A stretch of DNA of 64,000 nt from the human T2T-CHM13v2.0 reference genome, Homo sapiens. Shown here piece by piece: positions 14,076 to 26,839 of this stretch. A program made the translations under genes and the position numbers. Below the pieces are notes generated by a model. The model ran no database searches. It was not told the origin of the DNA and saw only the letters and a list, made by a program, of their open reading frames with translations. The stretch lies in assembly GCF_009914755.1 (NCBI RefSeq), contig NC_060934.1; one strand, written 5' to 3'. The first letter of the stretch is position 1; each line of letters begins with the position of its first letter.

Positions 14076-15029
14076 CCATTATTACCATTTTAATGACTAT
14101 CCAATGGTCCATAGAGTCAATACATAATTATTTAAATAATCTTTGCTTTACTACCTGTCCCTTATCATAAAAAGCTCTGCAGAGAAAATCTTTGTTGTGT
14201 AGCTTTCCTTTCTTTGGGGAATTAGTTCCTTAGAATAAACATCAAGAATTGGAATTTAGGGGAGAGAAGCGAAAAGCATTTTCAGGCTCTTGAAATGTTT
14301 TTTCAGGTGGCTTTCATTCACCAGTTTTATGTATGAGAGTTCTAGTACTCCAGTTGACTTGATTCCCTCAGATATAAATATTTTTTCGTTATTATTTAAG
14401 AGGAAAAAAGCATGTTAAGCATTTTGCCCCAATTCTCTGTTATTGTGTATTAGTTAGCTCTCATGTATTAATTTTGTTTCCCCAAAGAGACTGTAAGGTC
14501 CTTGCATGAGACTAGAGATAATGACTTATATTTATTCTTTATACCCCACAATATCTCCCCAAAAGTGTGGCAGACACAGTTGTCTTCAGTATTTGCTTCT
14601 TAAGTGATTGAAACCTTCACAAAATTCCTTTTTGTTCCTCAAACTCAAGGCCAATTATGATAGAAAATTTGGCAAGTAGCATATTTGTGGAGTCTCAGCT
14701 CCAAAAATAAACCCTTACCCAAACCTCACTTGTAGGGGTTAAACTTATGCTTGGAATCAAGATTAACTGAAATTTTCAATAAACATGTGTATATTGAGTT
14801 TTTCTTGAATTTCAGACTCATTTTATCCTAGTTCTTATCCAATTAATTCACAAAACATAAGCTATTTAACCACCACCATTTTCAGAGATTGCTCATAGGA
14901 AGACCAAAGAACATAGCCCTAGTCCTCTAAAACTGGTGTCCTAGGATGCTAGAAAGTCCCTTGCCTCCACAGGAAAGCAAAAGGCAACTATAATTGAAGT
15001 ACCCTATTGCCATGTGTTTTCAGCTACAC

Positions 15030-15140
15030 TTGTTCCCCACTTTATCCTAGTTCTAGAACGGTGCCAGGGATATGATAAACAGTCAATAAATATTTGTTGA
15101 GTGGTTGAATGAATCTGTGTGCATAGGTTGAATGAATCAA
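15030..15140 (+). mobile_element. L2 3' end fragment
   Basis: ctagaacggtgccaggg..tcaataaatatttgttgagtggttgaatgaat. Confidence 0.7.
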
Positions 15141-15419
15141 TCACTCTGCAAATATGTATTGAGCTCTCGCAAGATGCAAAGCCCAGTGTACTGGTTACTA
15201 GAAAAACAGATAAAGTTGATGGATCTTATACGTGGCAGTGGGCTGGATTTAATGACCTTGAGGTTTCATCCAGTGCATTTTTCTACAACTCATGTGCATT
15301 TCTTTTGAAACTTACACGTCACATCCACAAGCCGAATAAAACTCCTCAAGCTGCATTTCTAGGATGATCCCCCGCCACCTCTCCCTGAGGGCCTGAAAAG
15401 TTGTATGCTGCTGATTTCT

Positions 15420-15630
15420 GGTGCGGGCAACTCCTGGGCAGGGACAAGGATGGCTCCAGATGGATGGATGCCTTTGTGGAGGGCTCCCTTTTATCCTTAG
15501 TTGTAAGCCGCCTGAGCAGTTATATTATAAATGGGTAATTTACCGCCTCATCCCCAAGGCCTCTTCTGTGGGCTCTTTCATGGACACTGTTACCAAAAGT
15601 TACCAATATGCCTGGTGCCTTTGATATTTG
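15420..15630. promoter_or_regulatory. Conserved non-coding element candidate (possibly ultraconserved element uc.290)
   Basis: Repeat-free block (gcagttatattataaatgggtaatttaccgcc) about 0.9 kb from the putative uc.291. The identity is recalled from the LRMDA locus and not verified; boundaries approximate. Confidence 0.4.
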
Positions 15631-16479
15631 TGGGCACTGCAGACCAGAGAAAAAGAGTTGCTGCCTTGTACAGCTGCACACTGGCTTTCACATGTCCTGC
15701 AAATGGGTACCTGCCAGCCATCTTCCCCAGATGTCATACTGACCATTGATTTTTTTTTTTTTCTGCTTGCTATTGCAGTTATTAACTACAGTGAGGCCTG
15801 GGCACTTAGCTCTCCACTTTAATTATTCATCCTTATGAAGAAAAATTTCCCCCGTGTGCTTTATTGTCCTCCAGCCCCGACCTGAGCTCACGCAGACTCT
15901 TCCTTCTTTCCCTCCCCAAAGTGGCTTGTGTGTCGAAGGGCTTTCCACTGGGGTGCTTATTCCATTTATGCCTTTAGTATGCATTTTGTGTTCTGCCAAG
16001 GGGGTCAGGAGGGCACATGGAGAAGCCAGATGGCTTACCTCTTCCCTCAGGAAACACGCCGCTATTTAGCTGGGCACCTTCCCAACTCAAGGCGGGGTGA
16101 GATTCCACTGTTGGAGAGAGAGTTGGTTCAAATGCCACTGTCCCTGAGATCACAGCTCCAAGTTCCTCTAGGCTATGCACTTTTCTACTTCTCTGCCACT
16201 TGCTGGAGTTTTCTGCCAGAAACAGCCTTTTAGGAGATATTAGAAAGGGGGGTGGGAAGGGAGGGATGGGAAAAAGCAACTCTTGTTATTTATGGTCCTC
16301 GTTCAGGCACAAGTTTCTGTTATTTTAATCCGGCTGAAATAAGAAACCATAATCCATGGATGAAAAGATGGTGGACAAACTCAGTTAAATCTTGAGCACC
16401 CTGAGGATGTGTGTTTTTCCCTATTTCTGGTTTTTGACGTTCCTTCCCTGCTGCCATTTCCCAACTTTAACTTTTGAAA

Positions 16480-16905
16480 AGCCAAGCAGTTTGGCTGGCC
16501 AGGCCCAGGGAACTTATTTGTATGCAGCACAAATTTCAGAATCTGTTCTCAGCCTGTGCCGAGTGAAAAATGGCCTGCATTTTCTTGATAGCCCATGTGG
16601 TTGTAAAGAATAAATGGCTAATGAATTACAGATGAACATTGACGCAAATTAATCTTCCCGCTGTCCCTGGGTTATATGGCAGCCATTTAAAAGTTTAATC
16701 AATACACTAAAGTTGAAAACATGCAGGCACTGCAGTTGTTTGGATGTAATAAACATCAGAGGGAACCGGGAGGTTTGCACCCAGTCCATGTATCATAATG
16801 ACAGGTATTTATGTTTAATGGACTAAATATTTTTTATTGGAAGGGAGCAAATGTCAGCTTAACTTTGTGAGCCCCGCATTCAACTTTCCTTTGAGGTTGG
16901 TGAAA
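16480..16905. ncRNA. Probable ultraconserved element and transcribed UCR uc.291
   Basis: Repeat-free and dense in TAAT/ATTA/TTTAT motifs (ctaatgaattaca, caaattaatc, gtttaatcaat, tttatgtttaatgg, tttttattgg). uc.291 is known to lie in an LRMDA intron and I recall this sequence as belonging to it. Boundaries approximate; not verified by alignment. Confidence 0.6.
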
Positions 16906-18769
16906 GACGGCTGACGTGTCATTGGAAATGAAATGTTAAGGGAGAAAAAAAGCACAACGGAGACAAAGCGAGGATGGGAGCCGTTTGGAGACGTGGTGCA
17001 GCGCTTACATTCTGCAGCAATTCATTAACGAAAACGTAAACTCTGATATTTCTAATGTTGCTGTAAAATGGTTTACTAGGAACAACTTTAATGGTTATTA
17101 GTGAAAACAAGTACCCAGATCTGCCAGATATCCTTTTCAGTGCAGGCTTTTGTTTGAAAACTCTTTACCAGGTCATATTTGCTGGAGATTTATAATTAGT
17201 CTTTTTCCTTAATGTGAGAAGTGGAGGAGAGACAGCGTGATGGCTCTCAGCTCTTGTATTCCATAGATCTTTCCTTTTGAACGGTGTCCAATGACTTCGA
17301 ATAACCATGTGTTCTCTTTTGGAATACTTATATCTTAATTACTTTTCAAGTCAATATTTTGTACCTCTGCCGTGAGTCTGGAAGGACCAGGGTAGCTAAA
17401 AGAGAAAGGAAATTGCCAGTGGCAGTGCCATCTCGCTGGACAAAAACAGGCTGAGACACAGGAGAGCAATGGCTTCACTTGAACAGAAAAATACAGACTT
17501 AGTTCAGCTTTTCATTTTTTTTCCTCCACATATAAAATAAACTAAATATGTCAGTGGAGCATGGGGTCTTAGAAAATAACACACACTTTATAAAAATAAT
17601 TAGAAACGTTTTAGACAAAGGATATCGTGTTTTTAATGTCCCTTCTGCAACCAATTGTCTCAGGTCCTCTTCAGTGTCTGAGGGCACATTCAATGGCAGG
17701 GCTTGGAAGAAAATTATTCAGTAGATAGCAAGATGAGGCTGAAGGATGAGAAAAAGGGACAGGGGTTGTGATACTTATCCAGTGTTCAGATCTTGCAAAA
17801 GATATGAATTGCACCTTTTTATGTGTTAAATAATTTTGTTAAAATCACAAGAATTTGTGTTTCTAATGGGCCTAAGTTTCATAGGTAATCAGTATTATGT
17901 GATACTAAATTAGTAAACCAAACTGATGGGTTCATTGGTCCTTCATCATCCCTTAAGCAAAATGGGGAGAAACTTTCTGTTATGAAAACCGAAGCATGGC
18001 TCACTGTTAACCATGATGACATCTCACCCACTACTGCTCCTGAAGTCCTAAACTCTATTTTTCTTCCTACCTCTTTCTACCCTCTTAGAGGATTGAGTCC
18101 TTTACCTGTTTGTTCACTTTGTGTTTCCGCCGTGTGAATATAAGCTCCACAGTAGGGGGTAGGAGGCAAGAACCTGATTTTCTTCTTTGCTTCTAGTGTC
18201 CTGGGGCCTGGCCTATAATAGGTTCTTGTAAATGGCAGGTAAGTGAATGGCGGACTACTATTTCTTATGGTCTTTAGTAATTTATAACTCCGGCTATTTT
18301 TTTTGTTAGTCAGTATGATTTCTAGTCACTGTGTCAGTTGTTTTACATATAATACAATACTTGATCTTAGTTGTTAACTCTAGAAGATAAGAGTTATTAT
18401 CTTCATTTTATAGAGGCAAAAACTGATGTCAAGAGAATTGAAGCTAATTATTTGTGGTTACTGTTAGTATGTAGCAATTCCAGAATTTGAATCCTGACCT
18501 GTTTGTCTCTGTATCAGCTATACAGTACTCCCCAAATTCCTGTCACTCATCTTGTCCCTGGGGATTAAAATCTCATTAAGTGACCACAACATTTAATTCT
18601 AGACTATAACCAGCCAGCTCCCCAACTGGCTGATAATGAACAGAAGTATTAGATTCACAATTTGCAACCTAAACCTGGTGTCCTGAGTCCTACCTATAGA
18701 AAGCAATCTTTGACTGTACAAAAGTAGACATTGGCTATTTGATGATGGGTGATATGTCACTCAAATATG

Positions 18770-19255
18770 TGTGTTCTGTGGTCTAGGGAAATACAAGGAA
18801 CTCTCTCAAATCATGAGAAAAGTGTTCAGCAACAGAAATCTAACAAATAGTGACTGAAATGCATAGGCATTAATTTCTTCACTCAGAAGTGAGAATGGAG
18901 GTAGGCAGCCCAGGACAGTGATAGTGGCTGAAAGAGCAGATCAGTAGGCACCCAGGTCCTTTCTGTCTTTCTGTCCTACTACCTTTTCAGCATGTGCATT
19001 TTAGCCTCATGGTCTCAAAATGGTTGCTACTGCTCCTGGCATCATTTCCTCACCCAAAGCAAGATGAAGAAGGATGTCTTTCCCTTATGAGGCATTCGCT
19101 TTTCATTTGTGGATAGACAGCTTCCTAAAGATGTCTGTCTCTTTCTCATTACCCAGATCATGTCATTGGGAGGCTGGAAAGTCAAATGTTTCAGTTTTCA
19201 TGCTGTTATAGTAGAGGAAGGCAGGATAAAAGGGAGCCAATGCATAGTGTCTCCT
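18770..19255. mobile_element. MLT1 (J/K-like) LTR fragment
   Basis: agcaacagaaatctaacaaatagtgactgaa..., tcatggtctcaaaatggttgctactgctcctggcatca. Confidence 0.6.
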
Positions 19256-19395
19256 ATGTAAGATAAATCGCATTTTTTGTATACCTAATAAAGACTTGAA
19301 ACTTTGCTAGATGCCATATGCACATCAACTTATATCATGTTTACAACCACCTTGTTATAGAAGAGTATTTATTCCCATTACACTAAGAAGAGGTG

Positions 19396-19622
19396 ATCTC
19401 ATTGTTCAATTCCCACCTATGAGTGAGAATATGCGGTGTTTGAAGGGGAATATCACACTCTGGGGACTGTTGTGGGGTGGGGGGAGGGGGGAGGGATAGA
19501 TTGGGAGATATACCTAATGCTAGATGACGAGTTAGTGGGTGCAGCGCACCAGCATGGCACATGTATACATATGTAACCTGCACAATGTGCACGTGTACCC
19601 TAAAACGTAAAGTATAATAAAA

Positions 19623-19665
<43 letters not shown>

Positions 19666-19706
19666 AAATGCCCTAAATTATCAGGTCTGACAAAAAAAAA
19701 AAAAAA
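19396..19706 (+). mobile_element. Short L1PA2 insertion with 5' inversion and 3' transduction
   Basis: Inverted L1 piece 19393-19442, sense 3' UTR from 19442 with the GAG diagnostic (gatgacGAGttagtgggtgcagcgc), (AAAT)n tail, 23 unique nt, second poly(A). TSD AAGAAGAGGTG at 19385-19395 and 19707-19717. Confidence 0.93.
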
Positions 19707-20214
19707 AAGAAGAGGTGGAGCTGGGATTTAGAGCTACATTTGTCTGTTTCTATCATAGGTCTTCTCTCTAATGCCATGTTTCTTTGGCCACCATTTTGAT
19801 GTCATAGTGAAGGATGATTTCATAGTGAAGGCCATTCCCAGTTGTTCCAGCTCATGGTGAATGTGCTGTCTTCTGAGGGCACTTAACAGTTGGGTCTGCC
19901 TCTTTGATAATTAAGTATGCACTACCATGTGCCAGCTTCCATTTTTGTGTATTCTGTACAGAGTGTTTAAGAAGGTGGGTCAGAGACTCACTGTCTAGAT
20001 CCAGATCTTGGCTCTATAAGTTACTATCAGTGTAATCTCATGCAAATTACATAACCTCTCTGCAGATTGAACTTTTGGAGACCAGGGACATGATTTTTTT
20101 TCCCCTCTTGATATCTCCTAAAACACTGACAAGATTCTATTTCACATTAGAGCCACTGAGTAAAAACTCATTCTAGAATCACTTTGAATCTTTGTTTCAT
20201 TGATTTAACATCTT

Positions 20215-20365
20215 TTTGCCTTAGCTTCTGAATCCTAAAATGGGGACAAGAATACATCTACTTCATAGGGTTGTTGTAATCGTTGAATGAGATAATGTAC
20301 CTACTTAAAGTTTTTAGAACAGTGTGTGATGCATAGAAAAAGCTCAGTGTTAGCTATAATTATTA
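20215..20365 (+). mobile_element. MIR
   Basis: aaaatggggacaagaata..cttcatagggttgttgtaatcgttgaatgagataatgta. Confidence 0.75.
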
Positions 20366-20544
20366 TAATCATTCATGGATTGCCAGTATTCAAACTCTAA
20401 AACTCCATGGGATATAATATAATCTGTAATGTATCCAAAAGCAATTTTTCTTAGGCCATCTCAGGTACACTATTATAAAGAATAACCATATCCTTCTGGT
20501 GAAGCCATATTGAGCATCTCCTGCAATCCAGGGAGTGTGGTATA

Positions 20545-21200
20545 TGTTGGAGATACAAAAATGCATAAAACACAGTGAGAAACATGTGGTAATGAACACC
20601 ATGAGCAATATTCACTCTCGATAATAACCAAATGCTTAAAAAGTAAAGCAACTCTTGGATATAATATTTCCACTTATTAAACTAGCAAAGATGTTTAAAT
20701 AGGCATGCCTGGTGCTATGGAGTGGATTGGGTGCATATTAATATGTTTTTGAAAAGCATTTTGGCCCTGTGCATTGAGGCTAGATGCATTCACTTAGGAA
20801 TCTATTCCAAGACAAGAATCCAAGATGCATAAACACAGGATCTTTATACACTAAAATATTCACTATAGTAATGTTTGTAACATCAAAACACACAAAAAGT
20901 CATTATCCAACTAGATAAGAAAGCTAAATAAATTATGGCACATTCACAGAACACAATGTTATATAGTATTCAAGTGATGGTTACATCAGATTTAATACGA
21001 TAGGCAAATATTTAAGTAATAAAATAAATGAAGATGGATATATATGAATGCATCCATACAACATATGGACAGAAAAAAGGCCAGAAGGCAAAACATCCAA
21101 ATACTAACTGTGGTTAGTTCTGGACAGTGGAATTATATATGATTTTTATTTTTTAAATTTACACTTAATTTTTTTACAATGAACATTTAAATATAATAAG
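20545..21200 (+). mobile_element. L1ME 3' end
   Basis: cacttaggaatctattccaa, ctaaataaattatggcacattca, ttttttacaatgaacat. Confidence 0.7.
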
Positions 21201-21289
21201 AAAACAATTAAAATAACTCCCCAAACAACAATATAGTCTTTATGAAAATAGTTTCAGAGAGAAGGGGAGTGATAATAACAAAAAGAGTT

Positions 21290-21632
21290 TATGTGAGTTA
21301 GTTAAGAATTGTATTCAGCTACAACTAGCCCCAAATACCAGTAGCTTTAAGAAAATACTGTCCTATAACATGAATTTCAGATGTAGGCAGTCCATAGCTG
21401 TTATGATATCACTAGGAACACAGGCTTCTTTGATTTTGGTTCTATCTTCCAACAGACTGGCTCCCATCCTCAAGTTTGATTTATGGTCACCATATTATTG
21501 CTGTTGCACTAGCTCTTCTTTCCAAGTTCCAAGTAGCAGGAAGGAAGAAAAGGCAAGGTGAGCACTGCTATGCTCAACAGCATAGGGGCTCTGTGTATAA
21601 GATGAAAGAGGAATATAGATACTGGGTAGCCG
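21290..21632. mobile_element. MLT1 (J-like) LTR fragment
   Basis: tgtgagttagttaagaattgtattcagct...gatactgggtagc. Confidence 0.55.
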
Positions 21633-23994
21633 GCCTTACTTTCAGATTTTAATAATAACTCTGCCATTCAACAGCAGGTTGACGTTAAGAAAATCTCGCA
21701 TGTCAATGACACCAAGGAGGCCTCCAGAACCTTCTGAATACAGTGCCGTATGCAACCACTGTCATCACCTGTGCTTGGTGATGAATCTCATTTGCCATTC
21801 CAAGCCTCTGTTACCTCCTGTGCTTTTGTTTCCTCCTCTTTAAAATAGGCATATTGAAAATTCACTGCCTTTTATGATTGTGGTGAGGATAATATGATTT
21901 TATAGTTGTGAAGGTCTTTTGGAAAGGCTTAGTATGCTATGCAAATGTAATTTTTACAAGACTCATGGCAGCCAATGGGAATTAAGGGCTCACTAAATGC
22001 TATTAATAGTCACTGCTGAACTCCTTATGTGCAGAATTTCATTTAATTTGGGGAATGAGACATTATGAGTGTCCCCATTTTACAGGTACAGATATTGAGA
22101 GACAAAGAAATTTGCACCCAAGTTATCTGCCTCTTGATTCCATGACATTTGTTCTCAATCTTAAGTGTGCTTAAGAATCATAGTAAGCCTGTTAAAAATG
22201 TAGATGTCTAGGATCAGAAATTAGATTCTGCTGCAGGTGGCCTGCAAACTACAATTAATGGCTCAGTTCTACCTACTCTAAACTCTTAATTATCCAGCAA
22301 TGTGGCAAAGAACATGTTCCTCAGACAGAGCTCTTCGGGCTCCTGAATTCTACTCTGACTTTTCCTTGATCTTCTCTGGTAGGGAGACTATAGCTCTTTT
22401 GGGTAGAAAATGCCCTTTTGGCAAGAAAAACTTGCCAGTTATTTGGGAGGCTTTGTCTTCTTACATGGGAAAAGGTCACTAATTTCTGAAGCTACCTCCT
22501 GTACAGTAGTATGAGAATCCTCAGAGGTAAGAAGACTTGGGCCAATAGGTTTGACTTTGTTGGTTGGATTTTCATTATTTTCCAAAGAGAAAGTCTTTGA
22601 GGCCAAGCATAAGGGCTGATTTGCCAATGGGACTTAGTTTCCAGTAAGATCAAGAGTGTCTACCACACACCTGACTTTTGAACTTTCCTCTTAGCCCACT
22701 AATAGCAGAGGTGCAATGAGGAGATCTTCATTTGGCAATGGATAGGCTCCCAAAACAGAAAGCATGGACATGCCATTTAAAGGTCCCAGGAGATTGATTT
22801 CCAACTGGAATGCAGGAAGAGTCTAAGAGTAACTGAAATTTGGAAACACTGCTAGTTATTTTTAAGACTACTCTTTCTTGAAATGGATCAGAACCAATAG
22901 AACAAACCACAGGTTGTGATAGATTTATGCACTGAGGAATATAGGAAGAGAAAGTAAAAACTATGGGCAAGGATTTTCATAAACTGCATCATAAATTGAT
23001 TTGGTGGGCCCCAAGGAGAACATAAACACTATGCCCAAGGACTCAGGGATTTGACTTTTGTTTAGATCCATTTTATAGGCAATCTGTAAAAGGAAAAAAG
23101 GGCAAAAATAATATTAGTTATCTCATAAAGTTGTTTAAAAATCAAGTGATGAGAATAATCTATTTAAAATACTTATCACAGTGCCTACACATAGGAAGCT
23201 CGATAAAGTTAGCTATGATGATGACTGTAATGACGAGGAGGAGCAGGAGGAGGAAAGGGAGAAAGAGAACGAGAGAGGCAAGAAATCTGCTAAGGTTTTG
23301 CTCCATGAAATGTCTTTCAGTTGAAAATTCTCATTGAAACAGAGAAGCTTTGTCTTTATAACTAGAAGATGCAGTTTGAAAATTGTATCATGGAATGAAA
23401 CACAAAATGTTTTTCATTCCATGAAAGAATTCCATAAAAGAGCTAGACCGTACTCCATGTGGTGTTCTGCACATAGAAGGTGATCAAATAAATAACTGAT
23501 TCTGTGAAGGGCTAAAGGAGATTTTCAGAATGTGCCATGCTTCTGGGGACAATTGGCTTTCTGCTATGGTCTCAATGCTGATGTAGAAGATAATTCTATG
23601 AAAAGATCCTCAGAACTGAGAACTTCTGTTTTTTCCATGTTAATGTTTAGATAGCCAGAGGACTTATCATTCTAGGTTTGGGGGCAGATATTTTGCTATG
23701 CCTTTCCTGTTACTGTTAGAAAGAAAATCCCCACCCCTACCCCGCCACTGTCACAGTAATAAAGCACTGCTCAATGTGTCTTTAGCACTTCCTGTCCTTG
23801 GGAATCTGCCTACTGCTTCTCTAATATGGGAGAGACCAGCCGCTGTGCTGAAGCAGTCAGGGACTGTAATTACCTTAATACCCAGTAATGGATCGTTAGG
23901 ATCATGCCACACAGTCCCTACGGTACAAGAGACTCGGAAATTCAAGATGGGAAGATGAGAATATGTGAATTGAATGACATGGGTGAGAGTAAAT

Positions 23995-24640
23995 TTCCCA
24001 TCTTTTTTCTAGTGGAGGAAATGCATTAAGTCTTTTGATACTAAATATGATGTTAGCTATAGTTTTTGTTTGTAGATAACTTTTATCAGTTTGAGGAGCT
24101 TCCCCTTTTTTCCTGTGTTGCTGAGAGTTTTATCGTAAATTTATGAGTGCTGAATTTTGTCATTTTTTTCTGCATCAATTGAAATGATTTTATTTTTTTA
24201 AATTGGTTGATATAAATATATCAGTTATATTTATTTTTGAATATTGAACCAACCTTGCATCTCTAGGATAAAGTGTACTTGGTCATGATGTATTCTACTT
24301 TTTATATATTGCTGAATCTTATTTGCTATGTGTATTATGGATTTTTGCATGCACATTCATGAGGAATATTGTCCAGTACTTTTCCTTCCTTTTCTTGTAA
24401 TGTATTTGCCTGTTTTTGGTATCAGTGTAATGCTGGTTTCATGGCAAGTATTCCTACCCCTTCAATTTTCTGGAAAAGTGTGTGTAGAATTGCTATCATT
24501 CTTTATTAAGTCATTGGTTAAATTTGTCATTAAAACCATTTGGGCCTGGAGTTATCTTCATGGGCCAATAGTGAACTCTGCATTCAATTTCTTTAATAGA
24601 CATACAGGCCTTCAGGTTATTCACTTCTTCTTTAGTCCTA
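23995..24640 (-). mobile_element. L1M ORF2 fragment
   Basis: tatgatgttagctatag, ttgaaccaaccttgcatctctaggataa, ttttggtatcagtgtaatgctgg. Confidence 0.85.
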
Positions 24641-24689
24641 AGCTCTTTTTTTGAAAAGATACATTACACCTCCTTCAAACCTCTACTTT

Positions 24690-24913
24690 AAGTTCTGGGG
24701 TACATGTGCAGAACATGGAGGTTTGTTACATAGGTATACGCGTGCCATGGTGTTTTGCTGCACCCATCAACCCGTCACCTACATTAGGTATTTCTCCTAA
24801 TGCTATCCCTCCCCTACTCCCATACCCCCCGACAGGCCCTGGTGTGTGATGTTCCCCTCCCTGTGTCCATGTGTTCTCATTATTCAACTTCCACTTATGA
24901 GTGAGAACATGCA
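24690..24913 (-). mobile_element. Short L1PA7/8-like 3' UTR insertion lacking a poly(A) tail
   Basis: aagttctggggtacatgtgcagaac...atgagtgagaacatgca, flanked by a perfect 14-bp TSD CAAACCTCTACTTT (24676-24689, 24914-24927). Confidence 0.9.
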
Positions 24914-25049
24914 CAAACCTCTACTTTTAATCATTGTGGCCATCACATAACCAAAGTGTTAATTCACGGCTTGACTATGAATTCTTCTCATAACCTTCTG
25001 GGCCTTCTGTTTGGTAAACAGAGAAAGTTAGTTCCTTTATACATTTATT

Positions 25050-25350
25050 TATTCATTCATTCAGCAAAGATTGGAACCATATTTTGAATTGTAGGACATG
25101 CAATACAGGTTGTGGTTTCAAAGATGAGTCAGACAGTATCCTTGGGTTCAAGTAAATTTCTTTTAAGAGGGAGTAATAGCAATCAAATGCTTGACTGTGC
25201 TGCAGTGGGATATGTGTAGTGGTTGTGTGATGGGTAGCGCACAGAAAGAGAAAACAAGGAACCATTAATTCTGCCAAGGGGAAATCAGAGAAGTCTTCTA
25301 AGAAGAAATGGCATTTTATTTGGGCCTTGAATGATAAGGAGAGTTTTATT
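25050..25350 (-). mobile_element. L2 fragment
   Basis: attcattcattcagcaaa... gaaatcagagaagtcttc..ttgggccttgaa. Confidence 0.6.
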
Positions 25351-26839
25351 TGGCAAAGAGGAGTCTTGTCATGTGAATCATCATGGGAGGTTTGGAGGAA
25401 CAAGCCATTTCAGCTTTTCCTAGGGTTAGAACCTTTACTTTAGGAATGCATTGTTTTCTTCTTTTGATTGGGAAAACCAAAATCTGAATGGTAAATTTAA
25501 AAGTTACATTGCTTTAGTTATCACAGTTCTTCTAATTGTGTGTTTCTCAGATGAATATGACATGCCTCTTACGATCTTGCTACAGAGTGGATTTTATGTT
25601 AAATTATGGCTTCCTGGTGATTCTCAGAGTTTTATATCCCATTTTTATTTAAATTATTTTCATAGTTGTAATAACAAATAAATTTCTTATTCAAAGAAGA
25701 TGCAGCCTTTGAAATGGATCTTAATTTGAATGTTGACATTCCAGTAACAAAACAAAAATAACCACTTGTAGATGGAGAGCGAGAGCGAGAGTGAGAGAGA
25801 GCGAGAGAGAGAATGAATCACAAACACCTGTAAAGTGTAACTATTAGTTTCAAATAGGATATTATTGAATTTGTCCTAAAACCAGTTGATTGTGATTATT
25901 CTAAATTTTACCTTGAGTATATTGACCATGACAGGCCAACTTCAGTTCCTATATCCGGATTCAACTGGATTCATTGCACTTTGATTCTACCATGAAAAAC
26001 AATGCCTTTGTGTAAAGTCATGAGCACTTCTTTCCCTTCTTGGTTAACTGTGTTTAGATCTTTATCATATAAGACCTGACTTTATGTTCATTGTTGAAAT
26101 TGTTGCTGGTTTCTTTTGCTCTTACACACCCATGCTGGCCTCCAAGAACAACTTGCTATCATTCAGGAGCTTGCAAACTCATTGCTTTAATTAATTAACG
26201 GAGGCTCTTTGGAAGTTAGGGTCATTTGTTTTTAATTTTCAGTTAAAGGCACCTATGGATTTCTATTTTAAGAATAGACACTGTCTACTTTACTTGCTTA
26301 TTATACTTTGATACTAAAATACAGCTATAATGGTTCTGCGGCATTGCCAGTTATTTAAGTATTCCTGAGTATTTAGGTAAAGGCTGGATGGCTTGGAACT
26401 ACTCTAACATGGCAAAATATGTCATCAATGTTTTGCTCCAAGAGTATCCTGTAATGTATATGCTCAACTTGAGAAACAAAATATATTATAATTTTAGGTT
26501 TCAAAGCATAAATCCTTAACATATTTACTGGTTACTACATGCTGGGCACAGTGCCAGGCTCTTAAGTGACTGCAGTAGACTGTAGACAGATCAGACTTCT
26601 TGTTCTCATGAAGCTTGGAATCTAGTGGGATGCTCATTCATTGACCTATGAATACGTACTGTGTTATGTGCCAGACACTGTGATAGATCCTGTGCTTTGC
26701 CCCACAGGTCAAGGCACTAATATAGTATTATGTCTGGTACATAGTTGGCCCATAACTCACAGTAAAATTAACCTTTCCATTCTCTTTAACATATTACATT
26801 ATTACATATTAAGGAAGAATGTGAAAAAATGTAATCATA

